64,000 nt of DNA from Stegostoma tigrinum (GCF_030684315.1 NC_081360.1:27759818-27823817), one strand, 5' to 3'; positions 26,101 to 38,801 are shown, counted from the first letter of the stretch. Notes: generated by a model not told the origin, from the letters alone. Numbers and translations are program-made.

Positions 26101-26335
26101 ACGGCTGGGGATTTGGGAGGTGGAGGAAGCCCGTTTTAGGTGGCAGGGACCAGTGAGCTTACCGTACTTAACGCTTTTTAGTGCCCAATAAAGCTGAGTA
26201 GAATTGTGAGTTCAGGTTGTGGATCCTATGAAGAATAAAAAACAAGACAGGTCTTTTGCAGGTCTGGGGGAGGGAGGCTCTGAGCTGGGGCAGGCTGGAT
26301 TGCAGTGCCTGGAGATGCCGGCGCATTGTGAAAGC
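23187..26335 (-). mobile_element. Penelope-like retroelement (RT + GIY-YIG endonuclease), frameshifted
   Basis: Reverse ORFs: IRPADKGGAVVVW, FYLLPKIHKPDCPGR, TMDIQSLYT.IPH, Q.KGVA.GTRMGP, YIDD; FTCTSANAIYCVCCTRCGLLYIGET (GIY-YIG); terminal repeat at 23187-23290. Confidence 0.95.
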
Positions 26336-26831
26336 TGAAGTTTAGAACCAAATGAAAGATAAAATATTACAATAGGATACTCTTTAATGCATGAAAACAG
26401 GTATGGACTGTAAGCAGGGTTAACAAATACCCTCCTCAACATTGTATTGTAATTTCACCACGCATTCCTGTGCAATAAGATCTATGGAGCACAACCTGAA
26501 AACTAAATGTACTGTCAGTTTTAAATCAGCAATTATATAGGCCACATAAATGAAGCAATGACTCCCAGAAATGGGTATCTGCATCTTAACAAATTTTGGA
26601 GAAAACTTTAGCCATGCCACTGAGCTTTGGAAACTGAGCTGGACAAATGGGGATTTGAGAACTGTTTGAGAGTTTCAGTGCAGGTAAAGCATTGGGAATG
26701 CTATGGATTCCAGCTGATTGTTATCTTCTTCACACAATTAAAATGAAATGGAGGCAGAATGCAGCCAATGACGTACCAGTGCCTTAAAATAGTTTTCTAT
26801 ACAATAAGTGCATATGTCATGTGTTTTGTGG

Positions 26832-26912
26832 CTTTTGTGCTGACTTCATGCTATTGTAATCATTTAAATAACAAAAGTTTAGCCCGGGGTGCGTATTTAT
26901 CCAGCCTATAAA
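26832..26912 (+). promoter_or_regulatory. proximal promoter of gene 3: T-rich + TGCTGA (Maf half-site), AACAAAAG (Sox-type site), TATA box
   Basis: CTTTTGTGCTGAC with TGCTGA at 26838, AACAAAAG at 26870, TATAAA at 26907; same order in paralogs. Confidence 0.75.
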
Positions 26913-26967
26913 TATCAAGCCATGGGAAGCAGAGACACAATCAGTTACTCAGCAAACAGAGCGAAAA

Positions 26968-28637
26968 ATGGGAAAGGTAAGAAAAGCTTAAGAATTTGCA
27001 TTAGAATTCTTCATTTCATATCTTGTTGTTTGACAAATCTATCTCTTCCCACAGATCATCTTTTACGAGGACAGGAACTTCCAGGGTCGGCACTATGAGT
27101 GCAGCAGTGACTGTGCCGACCTGTCCCCTTACTTCAGCCGCTGTAACTCCATCCGTGTTGAGAGCGACTGGTGGGTTCTGTATGAGAAACCCAATTACAT
27201 GGGATACCAGTATGTTCTGACCAAGGGAGAATACCCTGACTACCAGCGCTGGTTGGGATTCAATGATAACATCTGGTCATGTCGCAGTTACCCATATGTG
27301 AGTCATAAATTCATTGTTCTTATAGAAAAAGTGAGCTAGTCAATTGATTTATGTTTGCAATTTTTAGTTTCTTTATCTTTTATGCATTGAATAAAAACTA
27401 TTCCAATGGTTTTGCATTCCCGCTTTCCTTCATCATTCATCCACATTTGAAAGTCGTAAGCTTCAACTGTTTGCCAATGTTGCATCTTTCACAATAACAT
27501 TTCCTCAGGGCTGCCCCGATTGATCGCTGTAGCTGATGGAAAATCAATGGAACTGCAGGAAACACTGTTAGGCAAGTGGGGTTGTGGATTTCCACTCAAC
27601 CTCATAGAAAACACGGGTACCAGTCAAAACAATTTCCCAGCAAGCTCTTAGTTGAATGAGTCTTAAAAGAAAGGATTAGTTTCCCTGAACATTTGAATTA
27701 TTCAAGCTTTGGAAATCAGTTTGAAATCTGACTTGAATAATTCCAATTCTCAAATATGTGATATAGCGAATATGACATCTTGAGTAAATTGCCACAAAAC
27801 ACAGTATGGATAAAGACCAAGGTCTTTCTTTCACTTCACTCCCAGGTCGTATAACCAAGGGTAAAGTATCACACACCATGCAGGGATTTAGGTGACAAAT
27901 CAGCCATGATCTCGTGAAATGTTGAAACAGGGTGAAAGTGCAAAAAGATTGAATCCTTTTATTTTATTCTCACTGGATGTGAATAATCAACTGAACGTGA
28001 AATCAGTATTCAAATTAGAAATTTTGGTTTCCACTCCTCAAAGCTGTCTTGAATAGAATTTCAGTACAAAAATACGGTCATATATTTGAGCAGTAATGGC
28101 ATTTACTAAATATTTTATAAATTGATACCACAGGATACATATAGCCGCTGACTCTGACTCTGACTCATGAATACCAAAATTATAAATGTTAGACATTTGC
28201 AGTATTCTGTCTATACCTGGAGGCAGAAAAGACAGCTTAATGCTTTGTGTGAACTTTAATTGAAATGGCTGACAATACTACAAGCATAACATTGCAGTAA
28301 TTTTACTCATTATAGATACTGTTATAGCTGTTTCATAAAGTTTCTTGTCTTTCTATTGCAGTACCAAGGGGGCTCCTACAGAATGAGGATTTATGAGAGG
28401 CCTGACTTTGGAGGACAGATGATGGAATTCACAGATGACTGTCCATCTGTCTACGATCGTTTCCACTACCATGACATCCACTCCTGCCACGTGATGGACG
28501 GTTACTGGGTCTTCTACGAACATCCCAACTACAGAGGGCGGCAGTACTTCCTGAGACCCAGTGAATACAGGAGATACACCGACTGGGGAGCGACCTGTTC
28601 AACTATTGGATCATTCAGGCGCATGAGAGACTTCTAG
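26968..28637 (+). CDS. gamma-crystallin gene 3 (shark gamma-S1-like), join(26968-26976,27055-27297,28362-28637), 175 aa
   Basis: MGK|[53 protein letters not shown]...|[23 protein letters not shown]...[10 protein letters not shown]; four Greek-key motifs; GT-AG phase-0 introns; TATAAA 26907; AATAAA 28686. Confidence 0.96.
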
Positions 28638-28736
28638 ATTGGTCTTGACAACTATGATTTTACTTTGCTGAATATTCTTAAAAATAATAAAATATTCTGA
28701 ACTTCACGTATTATGCTCATTTATTTAAATTTTTCT

Positions 28737-29578
28737 GTTGCGATCAATAGATATAGATAAGCTGCAGAGCTGGGCCGAGAGGTGGCAAATGGAGTTTAAT
28801 GCAGACAAGTGTGAGGTGATGCACTTTGGTAGGAGTAACCAGAAGGCAAAGTACTGGGCTAATGGTAAGATTCTTAGCAGTGTAGATGAGCAGAGAGATC
28901 TCGGTGTCCATGTACACAGATCCTTGAAAGTTGCCACCCAGGTTGACAGGGCTGTTAAGAAGGCATACAGTGTCTTAGCTTTTATTAATAGAGGGATCGA
29001 GTTCCGGAACCAAGAGGTTATGGTGAAGCTGTACAAAACACTGGTGCGGCTGCACTTGGAGTATTGTGTACAGTTCTGGTCACTGCATTATCAGAAGGAT
29101 GTGGAAGCTTTGGAAAGGGTGCAGAGGAGATTTACTAGGATGTTGCCTGGTATGGAGGGAAGGTCTTACGAGGAAAGGCTGAGGGACTTGAGGCTGTTTT
29201 CATTAGAGAGAAGAAGGTTGAGAGGTGACTTAATTGAAACATATAAAATAATCAGAGGGTTAGATAGGGTGGATAGGGAGAGCCTTTTTCCTAGGATGGT
29301 GACGGCGAGCACGAGGGGGCATAGCTTTAAATTGAGGGGTGAAAGATATAGGACAGATGTCAGAGGTAGTTCCTTTACTCAGAGAGTGGTAAGGGAATGG
29401 AATGCTTTGCCTGCAACAGTAGTAGATTCGCCAACTTTAGGTACATTTAAGTCATCTTTGGACAAGCATATGGACGCACATGGAATGGTGTAGGTTAGAT
29501 GGACTTGAGATCGGTATGACAGGTCGGCACAACATCGAGGGCCAAAGGGCCTGTATTGTGCTGTAATGTTCTATGTAA
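28737..29578 (+). mobile_element. young 5'-truncated CR1 LINE (HER1-like), uninterrupted ORF2 C-terminus
   Basis: 251-aa ORF DIDKLQSWAERWQMEFNADKCEVMHFG...FTQRVVREWNALP; 3' UTR ending TGTTCTATGT. Confidence 0.95.
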
Positions 29579-30321
29579 TAGAACTCTCATGGAATTCTCA
29601 GTGATGATGGTTCATGTTATTTATTTTACTTTCTTTATCTCAGTTAACTAATATATGTCAGGTCAACGTTGCCCACGTCATTGTTAATTTATCATATTGA
29701 CTTGGGAAAAATAAGAATGAAACTCTCAATCATATTGAGAGTTGCCAAGGTGAGATGCCAAGGAAAGTATGAGTAGAATTTGTGAAGGTACTGCCTGTAC
29801 CCATCCAGTCTTCCCTCGATCCGGAGGCCGTGGCAGAGTACTGAAGAATTTCAAATGGTTCACCTTTCTCCAAAAAATGGGGTTAAGTGCAAACCTAGCA
29901 TCTGTCGGCTCATCAGTTTAACCTGGTGGCAGCAAAACAGTTAGATAGTTTAATATGAAAGACAACTTCCAGTCACTTGGCACTTATTGATAAGTAGATA
30001 AAAAGACTGCAATAACAGGTTAAAAGGGATTGATGGTTATCTATCTTGATTCAACTTTATTGATTAAAGTGCAGAGTAGATTGATGAGTGGAATGTGGTT
30101 GATATAGTCTATGTGAAGTACCAAATAGTGACTGACAAATAGCACTTATTAGACATGCTGCATAAATAAAATTCATGGAAAAGAAAAAGTGGAAGCATCA
30201 ATATGAGTTTAGCAAAGTTAAAGGAAACAGAGGATAGTAATGAACAGGACTTTTTCAGACTGCCTGAAACTATGCAATAAGGAGACTCAGATGTGTTATA
30301 CAACATTTTTTTAATATATAT

Positions 30322-30765
30322 TCAGGTTCAGAGGAGGTTCATAAGAATGGTCCCAGGAATGAAAAGCTTAATAGATGAGGAATGTCTGTGGACTCTGGGT
30401 CTATACTCAAAGAAGTTTAGAAGGACGAGGGGGAAATCTAATTGAAACTTACAGAATACTGAATGACCTGGACTGAGTGGATGTCGGGATGATGTTTCCA
30501 TTGGTAGGAGAGACTAGGACCTGAGGGAAGGAGAAAAGTCTTTAGTGAGAGAGTGGTGAATTTATGGAATTCACTGCCATAGAAGGCTGTGGAGGCCAAG
30601 AAATTGAGTATGTTTAAGACAGAGATAGATAGGTTCTTGACTGTCAAGAGGATCAAGGGTTACAGGGAGAAAGTGAGAGAAAGGAGTTGAGAAACTTATC
30701 AGCCATGATTGAAATGTAGAATAGACTCGATGGACTAAATGGCCTAATTTCTGTCCTATGGTCCT
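30322..30765 (+). mobile_element. CR1 3' fragment (same subfamily as 5750-6730)
   Basis: CAGGTTCAGAGGAGGTTCA...AACTTATCAGCCATGATTGAA...CCTAATTTCTG shared with 6260-6700. Confidence 0.8.
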
Positions 30766-31594
30766 ATATATTAATGCACTAGGCTTGAGTGTACACAGTA
30801 TAATTTCAAACTTTGCAGATTATGTAAATTTGGAAGTATTTTAAGTTATGAGGAGAGTGGTTACAGACCTGAATAAGATATGGGTATGTTGGTGGGATAG
30901 GTGAATATAAGCCAGATGAAATTCAACCCTGGGAAATGTGAATCAATTTTCTTTCATCAGACAAAACAGTAGAGACAATTTAAAAGAAATAAAAATGTAC
31001 AATTCTAAAAGGCAACGCAGGAGCCAGTAGATCTGGAAGCAATACTAAACAAACATTATCTCTATCAGCGGAACTGCCTAGAGGCAGAAGTAACTGATTT
31101 CAGGTGATCAGCAAAATACCAGAGGTGATAGGGAGGAAAACATTTTTATCTAAGATAGGTTTGGAATCTGGAATGGGTTTTCTGAATGTGTGGTGGTGCC
31201 GGGCACAATCATAGCACAACAACATATTCTGTCAACCATCAATTGATATCCCTCATTAGCTCCTTTGAATTTTTTTTTCAGTGTTCCAATGTAAAATGTA
31301 AAGAGCAGCAGAGCTTTCGTGTGAAGTGAGATTGAAGATTAGTCTGCTATACAACTATTGCTGAAAGCTAATAAGTAAAATATTTTATAGTTATTAAACA
31401 AAATGCAAGTCTTAAGATTAAAAGTTATTACAGATAAAACATACTTATAAGGATGAAATCCAGACTTCCTCATCACTTGTTGTAGATTTTCTTTCAAAGG
31501 TGGGAAGTGGTTAAATATTTGAAGTCAGAACTTATCAACTGTAATGGCTTCTCCAGCTAAATATTTGATGTTGTTTGTGTAGGTAGCCCCAATA

Positions 31595-32588
31595 TAGAAC
31601 ATAGAGAACATAGAACAGTACAGCACAGAACAGGCCCTTCAGCCCACAATGTTGTGCCGACCATTGATCCTCATGTATGCACCCTCAAATTTCTGTGACC
31701 ATATACATGTCCAGCAGTCTCTTAAATGACCCCAATGACCTTGCTTCCACAACTGCTGCTGGCAACGCATTCCATGCTCTCACAACTCTCTGCGTAAAGA
31801 ACCTGCCTCTGACATCCCCTCTATACTTTCCACCAACCAGCTTAAAACTATGACCCCTCGTGCTAGCCATTTCTGCCCTGGGAAATAGTCTCTGGCTATC
31901 AACTCTATCTATGCCTCTCATTATCTTGTATACCTCAATTAGGTCCCCTCTCCTCCTCCTTTTCTCCAATGAAAAGAGACCGAGCTCAGTCAACCTCTCT
32001 TCATAAGATAAGCCCTCCAGTCCAGGCAGCATCCTGGTAAACCTCCTCTGAACCCTCTCCAAAGCATCCACATCTTTCCTATAATAGGGCGCCCAGAACT
32101 GGACGCAGTATTCCAAGTGCGGTCTAACCAAAGTTTTATAGAGCTGCAACAAGATCTCACGACTCTTAAACTCAATCCCCCTGTTAATGAAAGCCAAAAC
32201 ACCATATGCTTTCTTAACAACCCTGTCCACTTGGGTGGCCATTTTAAGGGATCTATGTATCTGCACACCAAGATCCCTCTGTTCCTCCACGCTGCCAAGA
32301 ATCCTATCCTTAATCCTGTACTCAGCTTTCAAATTCGACCTTCCAAAATGCATCACCTCGCATTTATCCAGGTTGAACTCCATCTGCCACCTCTCAGCCC
32401 ATCTCTGCATCCTGTCAATGTCCCGCTGCAGCCTACAACAGCCCTCTACACTGTCAACGACACCTCCGACCTTTGTGTCGTCTGCAAACTTGCTGACCCA
32501 TCCTTCAATCCCCTCATCCAAGTCATTAATAAAAATTACAAACAGTAGAGGCCCAAGGACAGAGCCCTGTGGAACTCCACTCACCACT
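31595..32588 (-). mobile_element. young 5'-truncated CR1 LINE (HER1-like), uninterrupted RT to end
   Basis: 300-aa ORF SGVPQGSVLGPLLFVIFINDLD...SKFADDTK...; (TTCTATG)n-type tail at 31595-31617. Confidence 0.96.
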
Positions 32589-33642
32589 GTAGAACAAGGT
32601 TTGAGAGACAGAAGGTTTCTAGATAGAACAGGCTTTGAGAGAGGGATGGTTGCTTGTTCCTCACGAGTTCTGTTGGCTACATTAATTGCAGGCTGCCAGG
32701 CTCTTTCAGTAAAAATGACTGATTTCCAAAAGTCTTTCTCTTTTCCCTCTCTTTGCCTGACTCAAAGGTAAATTGCTCATAATCATGCAGAAAAAGAGCC
32801 ATGATGGGTGCTAAAGAGACTGACATTCAGCTTCTTAGCCTCTTTGAGATGAGGAACCTGAGTCTGCTTGCTCTAAGTGAGCATGCTCAAGTCCCTGGAC
32901 TGATGTTGAAAGTTTCCCTTGACTTATTATGCTGGGAATCTGAGGCTGAAGGACAACTCCATGATTTGACAGAAGACTACAGCCCTTAGACCTTGAAACA
33001 TGGCTACTTGGTTCATACACATACATTGAGATATGCCATGAGGTTGCACTGCAGTTGGCATGGATCTGATACCAATGCCTGTCAATGGATAGTGCATGCT
33101 ATTAGTACTCATGAAGGAAGCCCCGAGATTTTGGGGAAACATATTCATGGTGGAGGGCCAGAGGAACAAGTGATGAGTTCAAGTTGCCAGGTTACTGCGC
33201 TGATTTCAAGTCAGCCATTGTCACCGCAAGTGGGAAAATGAGAAGATGCTGATAAATGAGACGAGCTGAACTAATAGTGAGAAAGTTACTGCATGATAAT
33301 ATATGTAAATAGGTGTCTTGCTATTCAATAATGGGATTCTAATCGCGGTGTTCAATTATTGCTTGGGAAATTGGGACATTTTACTCCGGATGTTGAGAAT
33401 CACCTCACTAAAAACCTTCCATAATATTCCCAAATTTCTTACCAAACCCATCTTCTTAAGATCCTGGGAAGATTCCACCCACTGTCTCAAAGATCTCCTT
33501 TGGGAAGCTGAGTTAAAAATGGTGCCTCTCAGTTGTACTGACATGGCATTCAAATGGCTTCCTTCTGTGCTATTACCAACCTGCAATTTTATGAATCAGT
33601 GTGGAAGTTTTATATCATCTGAGTTGGATAAAGGAAGTCTGG

Positions 33643-34043
33643 GGTAATGGGAACTGCAGATGCTGGAGAATCTGAGGTAACAAAGTGTGGAGCTGGATGA
33701 ACACAGCAAGTATGACCCCGCCTCCCTAATGTGTTCTTCGTCTCACCTATCCCCTCCTCCCACCTCAAGCCACACCTTCATTTCTTAATTATGAACCTCA
33801 TCCTGTCCCCTTGACCTGTCCGTCCTCCCTGGGCTGACCTATCCCCTTCCTACCTCTCCACCTATACTCTCCTGTCCACCTATCTTCTCCTCTATCCATC
33901 TTCGATCCGCCTCCCCCTCTCTCCCTATTTATTTCAGAACCCTCTCCCCCTTTTTTGATGAAGGGTCTAGGCCCAAAACGTCAGCTTTTGTGCTCCTAAG
34001 ATGCTGCTTGGCCTGCTGTGTTCATCCAGCTCCACATTTTGTT
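33643..34043. mobile_element. Penelope-derived non-autonomous element with inverted ends
   Basis: Body is the reverse complement of 23190-23570; decayed hammerhead core near 33955-33982; direct repeat ATAAAG(G/A)AAGTCTGG at 33628 and 34044. Confidence 0.88.
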
Positions 34044-34111
34044 ATAAAGAAAGTCTGGAATAAGTTTCAAGTAAATGCTTATGCAGTACTTCATGCATCT
34101 TCACTTTCTCC

Positions 34112-35095
34112 CACAGCATGGATCGGTGCTGGGTCCACTGCTTTTTGTCATTTATGTAAATGATTTGGATGTAAACAAAGGAGGTTTGGTTAGTAAGTTT
34201 GTAGATGAAACTAAAATTGGAGGTGTACTAAACAGCAAAGAAGACTACTTCAGAATACAATGGCATCCTGGTCAGATGGGCCGAGGAGTAGTAGATGGAA
34301 TTAAATTTAGATAAATGTTTGGTGCTGCATTTTGGAAAGATAAGTCAGGCCAGGACTAATATACTTAATGGTTAGGTCCTGGGGAGTGTTGCTGAACAAA
34401 GAGACCTTGGAGTGCAGGTTCATAGTCCTTTGAAAGTAGAGTCGCAGGTAGATGGGATAGTGATGTAGGTGTCTGGCATGCTTGCCTTTATTAGTCAGTG
34501 CATTGAGTATAGGAGTTGGGAGGTCATCTTGCGGCTATACAGGCCATTGGTTAAGCCACTTTTGGGGAATTGTGTGCTGTTCTGGTCTCCCTCCTATAGG
34601 AAGGTTGTTGAGAAACTAGAAAGGAATCAGAATAGATTTACGAGAATGTTGCCAGGGTTGGACGGTTTGAGCTATAGGGAGGGGCTGAATAGACTGGGAC
34701 TATTTTCTCTGGAATGGCAGAGGCTGAGGAGTGACCTTATTATAAAACCATGGCGGGCATGCTTAGGGTAAATAGCCAAGGTCTTTCCCCAGGGTGGTGG
34801 AATCCAAAACTAAACGGCATAAGTTCAAAATGTGAGGGCAAAGATTTAAAAGTATCCTATGGGGAAATCTTTTCACACAAAGGGCGGTGTGTGAATGGAT
34901 TGAGCTGCCAGAGGAATTTGTGGAGGCTGGTACGATTTCAACATTTAAAAGGCATCTGGATGGGTATACGACTGGGAAGGGTTTAGATGGATATGGGCCA
35001 AATGCTGGCAAATGGGACATGATTTACATAGGATATGTAATCAGCATGGAAGAGTTGGAACGAAGGGTGTTTCCATGCTGTATGCCTCTATAACT
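34112..35095 (+). mobile_element. degenerate CR1 LINE ORF2 3' fragment
   Basis: PQHGSVLGPLLFVIYVNDLD...SKFVDETK, RFTRMLPGL..LSY.E.L. Confidence 0.9.
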
Positions 35096-35410
35096 CGATA
35101 GCACCAACAAAGTGTAAAATGAATTAATTTTACAGGATTCTAACCTTTCCTCAGAGCTTCTGAAGGAGATCAGCTATGATTCTGACTTGAAAGCTGAAGG
35201 AAAAGTAACAAGAATGTGAGAAGGTTTGAATCACTGAGTCTCTAATGACAGTGAACATATTGTGGTGTCCCAGTAGAATACTGGAGAGAGGAGGAGGTGA
35301 TATGCCATTCCTTACGTGATGCTTCCTCCATCACAATGATAGGACTGGTCTGAGGACCCGAGGTGGCCTTTCCCTGCCCGGCTATTACAAAGGTTCATAT
35401 GTTTTCAACA

Positions 35411-35810
35411 NNNNNNNNNNNNNNNNNNNNNNNNNNNNNNNNNNNNNNNNNNNNNNNNNNNNNNNNNNNNNNNNNNNNNNNNNNNNNNNNNNNNNNNNNN
35501 NNNNNNNNNNNNNNNNNNNNNNNNNNNNNNNNNNNNNNNNNNNNNNNNNNNNNNNNNNNNNNNNNNNNNNNNNNNNNNNNNNNNNNNNNNNNNNNNNNNN
35601 NNNNNNNNNNNNNNNNNNNNNNNNNNNNNNNNNNNNNNNNNNNNNNNNNNNNNNNNNNNNNNNNNNNNNNNNNNNNNNNNNNNNNNNNNNNNNNNNNNNN
35701 NNNNNNNNNNNNNNNNNNNNNNNNNNNNNNNNNNNNNNNNNNNNNNNNNNNNNNNNNNNNNNNNNNNNNNNNNNNNNNNNNNNNNNNNNNNNNNNNNNNN
35801 NNNNNNNNNN
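35411..35810. other. assembly gap (400 N)
   Basis: run of N. Confidence 1.
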
Positions 35811-36849
35811 ATGAACAACTGGCCAAGTAATGCGTGTGTTCTTGCTTAATAATGCATTTTTAAAAATTTAACCACAGAATCTTGTTTTGTGTATCCTTCA
35901 CCGGCTTCTTCTCAGTTCCACAAAGTCAATTCTATCGCTGAGCATTCTTTTGAATTCTATCGTTCTATCATTTATTGTATTTCACAGGCGACACTATTTC
36001 TAATTTAGCCTTAGCTCAAATGTTGCTGATTTGATAAAATATGAGTTGATGATCTTAAGACTTTCCTTATATCACTTTCTCAGTGAGGTCATGTGCATGG
36101 TAATCGCACCTCTTACATATTTTACTACTGAAGGTGTTTGGTGTTTTATCGACTGAAAACAATTAGCAACTGCTTCACTTTGAGTTTCTTCTAATCACTG
36201 TATACATAATATTAATTACAGCACAGATGTAAATGGAAATTACGCTGTTTAATTTCACTCCTGTTTATCACTGTTTAATCAAAACATAGATTACAGATTG
36301 CTACTGAAGGGGAGCTGAATAAACTATTTGAAGAACAGGAACACGGTAAATCCCCGGGAACAAACCACAGAGTACTTAAGCCAACTACCAAGAAAATAAG
36401 TCATCTTTCATTGGAGACTTTTAGAATCAGAACTCATACCAAATTTATGGAGAGAAATTAAAATAAACATCAAATTTAAAAAGGAGGACAACCAGGATTC
36501 AGAACAGTTGTCTTTAACTGCTATCTTTACTAATTTTTCATATTAATGCTTTGAAAATCAGCTATGAATGCTTATACTTAAATCAAGTTGAACATTGCAA
36601 ACAATCAAAAACAAATTGGTCAGGTATATTGTCTAGAAATCAAATAAGTGTAATAAGCACTGGAACTGTAATTATGAAGGATCTTGGTGTATTAATGAAT
36701 GGCAGTGCTGTCTAATAAAAATACATCGTGAGTGATATTGTGCACAGAATTAAATACTCTTCTTATATACACTTCACTTTGGTCTAAGCTGTCAATAGTG
36801 GCAAGGAAATTCTGGCTGTGGGGGCGTTAATATTTTAAAATAGTTCCTG

Positions 36850-37145
36850 AATGAATATGACTACAACCATGCCTAGAATCTTGATATTATTCAGAACAAA
36901 GCTGTCAGCTTGTTTGGTACTACATCCAGCACCTAAATGCTCATTTCCTCCAAAGCACCATGGCAGCTGTGAGCACCATATGCACTATGGAATTTCACCA
37001 ATCTTGCATCAGCAGCACCTTCTACATTCAAGACCTTTATCATCTAAAAAGACAAGGGGAGCTGACAGATGGGAACATCATCTCCTGTAAATTCCCTTCA
37101 AAGCCACGGAACATCCTGACTTGGAACTATGCTGCTGTTCCCCAT
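36850..37145 (+). mobile_element. decayed 3' fragment of the 8100-10190 LINE family
   Basis: CATCTAAAAAGACAAGGG...ATCCTGACTTGGAACTAT matches the family 3' region. Confidence 0.6.
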
Positions 37146-38662
37146 CGTCACGTTTCTTCCAACCTATTAATGTGGTTTTCCTTTTAAAATGATAACAGAG
37201 AAAGTCTTCATATGTATTTTATCATGGTCATTATTATCTCATTCTCCCTTCTGCTCTAATTCATTGAACATTCTTTAATCCATCAATTAATCTTCCATTG
37301 ATGGGTTGTTTACATTTTTTTGAGAAAGGAGTTATGGACACATCGTAGAAACTCTATTCCCTTGTCTGTTATCCATTAACCGTTAGGACCAACTCTTATC
37401 TCCAATCAATATCAGATTATTTAATGTCTCCCAACATATTGTATTGTATTTTGTTTCACTTATTTCTTAAGTTGCCTGCATGTTATTTTAATCATCACTC
37501 TTTCACTATTAGGTGGTATGTGGACCAAACATAAAAATGGGATTGATGCTTTTTTTATTTTCGATTTTTATCTTGAAGATAACTGTGTCCCTTTTTAAAT
37601 AGCATGAGGCTGTCTTCGACAAACACAACTCCCTCCACTTGTCCTCCCTATTTTCTTCAAATATGGTATAACTTACAATGTTGAATTCCCAGACCTGACT
37701 AATTTGCTCCGAAGAAGTCATGCCAGACTCAAAACATTAACTGTTTTCTCTCTCCATAGATGCTGCAGACCTGTTGAATTTCTCTATCAATACCTGTTTA
37801 GTTTCAGATCTTTAACACCTGAAGCATTTTGCTTTTAACCCCACTTGTCCGTCCTGTATTGTCCTAACAAATGATTGCCATTAGCTCCTTTTTGTTCTAC
37901 ACAAATACCAAGTTCACTGTTGTGTTGACTTTTAAAGGATTTTTGTTAGGATTTTCTCTCATGGTACAGTTGTACTTCTTTTGACTCCAGCTGTAACACT
38001 GCTTGTTGCTCCATGTGGGGTCAGACGAAAGCTGCACTGACTTTAATTTAGTTATCACTAAAAGAATCAAGTTACTTACCCACAGTATGTAGATTCTAAT
38101 GGTTAAGATCACACGATCGCCTGCATTTCAGTTTCTCTGTTTATAATTCTAAAGTGGTCTCAGCTAGGTTGAAATTTGGAACCAATGCAACAAAATAGAA
38201 CCAAGTCCAATGCAACAAGAGGACATTGATTAAAGTATGAAATTGAGCATGGACTGTAACTGGTGTTCGTAAATAGCATGCACAAAATATGCAGTGAAAG
38301 AAGTTTATAGGTTGTGGAGAGTATTATAGAGTCAAATAACCCTGGCAGCTAGAGATTAAGCATGATATAGAGGGCTGCAAATAAGGAATTGTGTTCTGAA
38401 TATATACATTTGCCTTTTGGCCAGTTCACCAGACAAATTCAGTCACTATACCAATATTTTGGAAATGTACCTGATTGAACAACTAGTGACAACTGTTCGA
38501 GAACTTCAATGCAGGTGCAGTATTGGAAACACAATGGTTTTCAATGCATTGTTTCCTTCTTCATACAATTAAAATGACTTGGAGGCAAAACACATTCTAT
38601 GTTACGTAGGCGACTTAAAATAGTTTGATTTACAATGCATGAACATGACATGGGTTCTTCTG

Positions 38663-38744
38663 CTTTTGTGCTGATTTTGACCTGTTGCACTCATTACAAT
38701 AACAAAAGAATGGCCTCATGAGGTATTTCTGCCTAACATATAAA
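38663..38744 (+). promoter_or_regulatory. proximal promoter of gene 4 (Maf half-site, Sox-type site, TATA)
   Basis: CTTTTGTGCTGA with TGCTGA at 38669, AACAAAAG at 38701, TATAAA at 38739. Confidence 0.75.
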
Positions 38745-38801
38745 TACCAAGCTGTGTGAAGAACTGAAATATTCAGTCAGTTACTAAGCTTTGAGCTGAA
38801 A

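Noticed and set aside
23775-26191. Several + strand ORFs in a GC-rich stretch
   Set aside because: Antisense shadows of the Penelope ORF
26922-26930. ATGGGAAGC upstream of gene 3 resembling exon 1
   Set aside because: Only 10 nt after the TATA box, upstream of the likely cap site, and no splice donor follows
28738-29493. 251-aa ORF as a host gene
   Set aside because: C-terminal part of CR1 ORF2, 5'-truncated, no true start codon
31685-32771. 300-aa ORF and overlapping antisense ORFs
   Set aside because: CR1 RT fragment; the + strand ORFs are shadows
35363-35830. ORFs spanning N runs (also 1688-2004)
   Set aside because: Artefacts of assembly gaps
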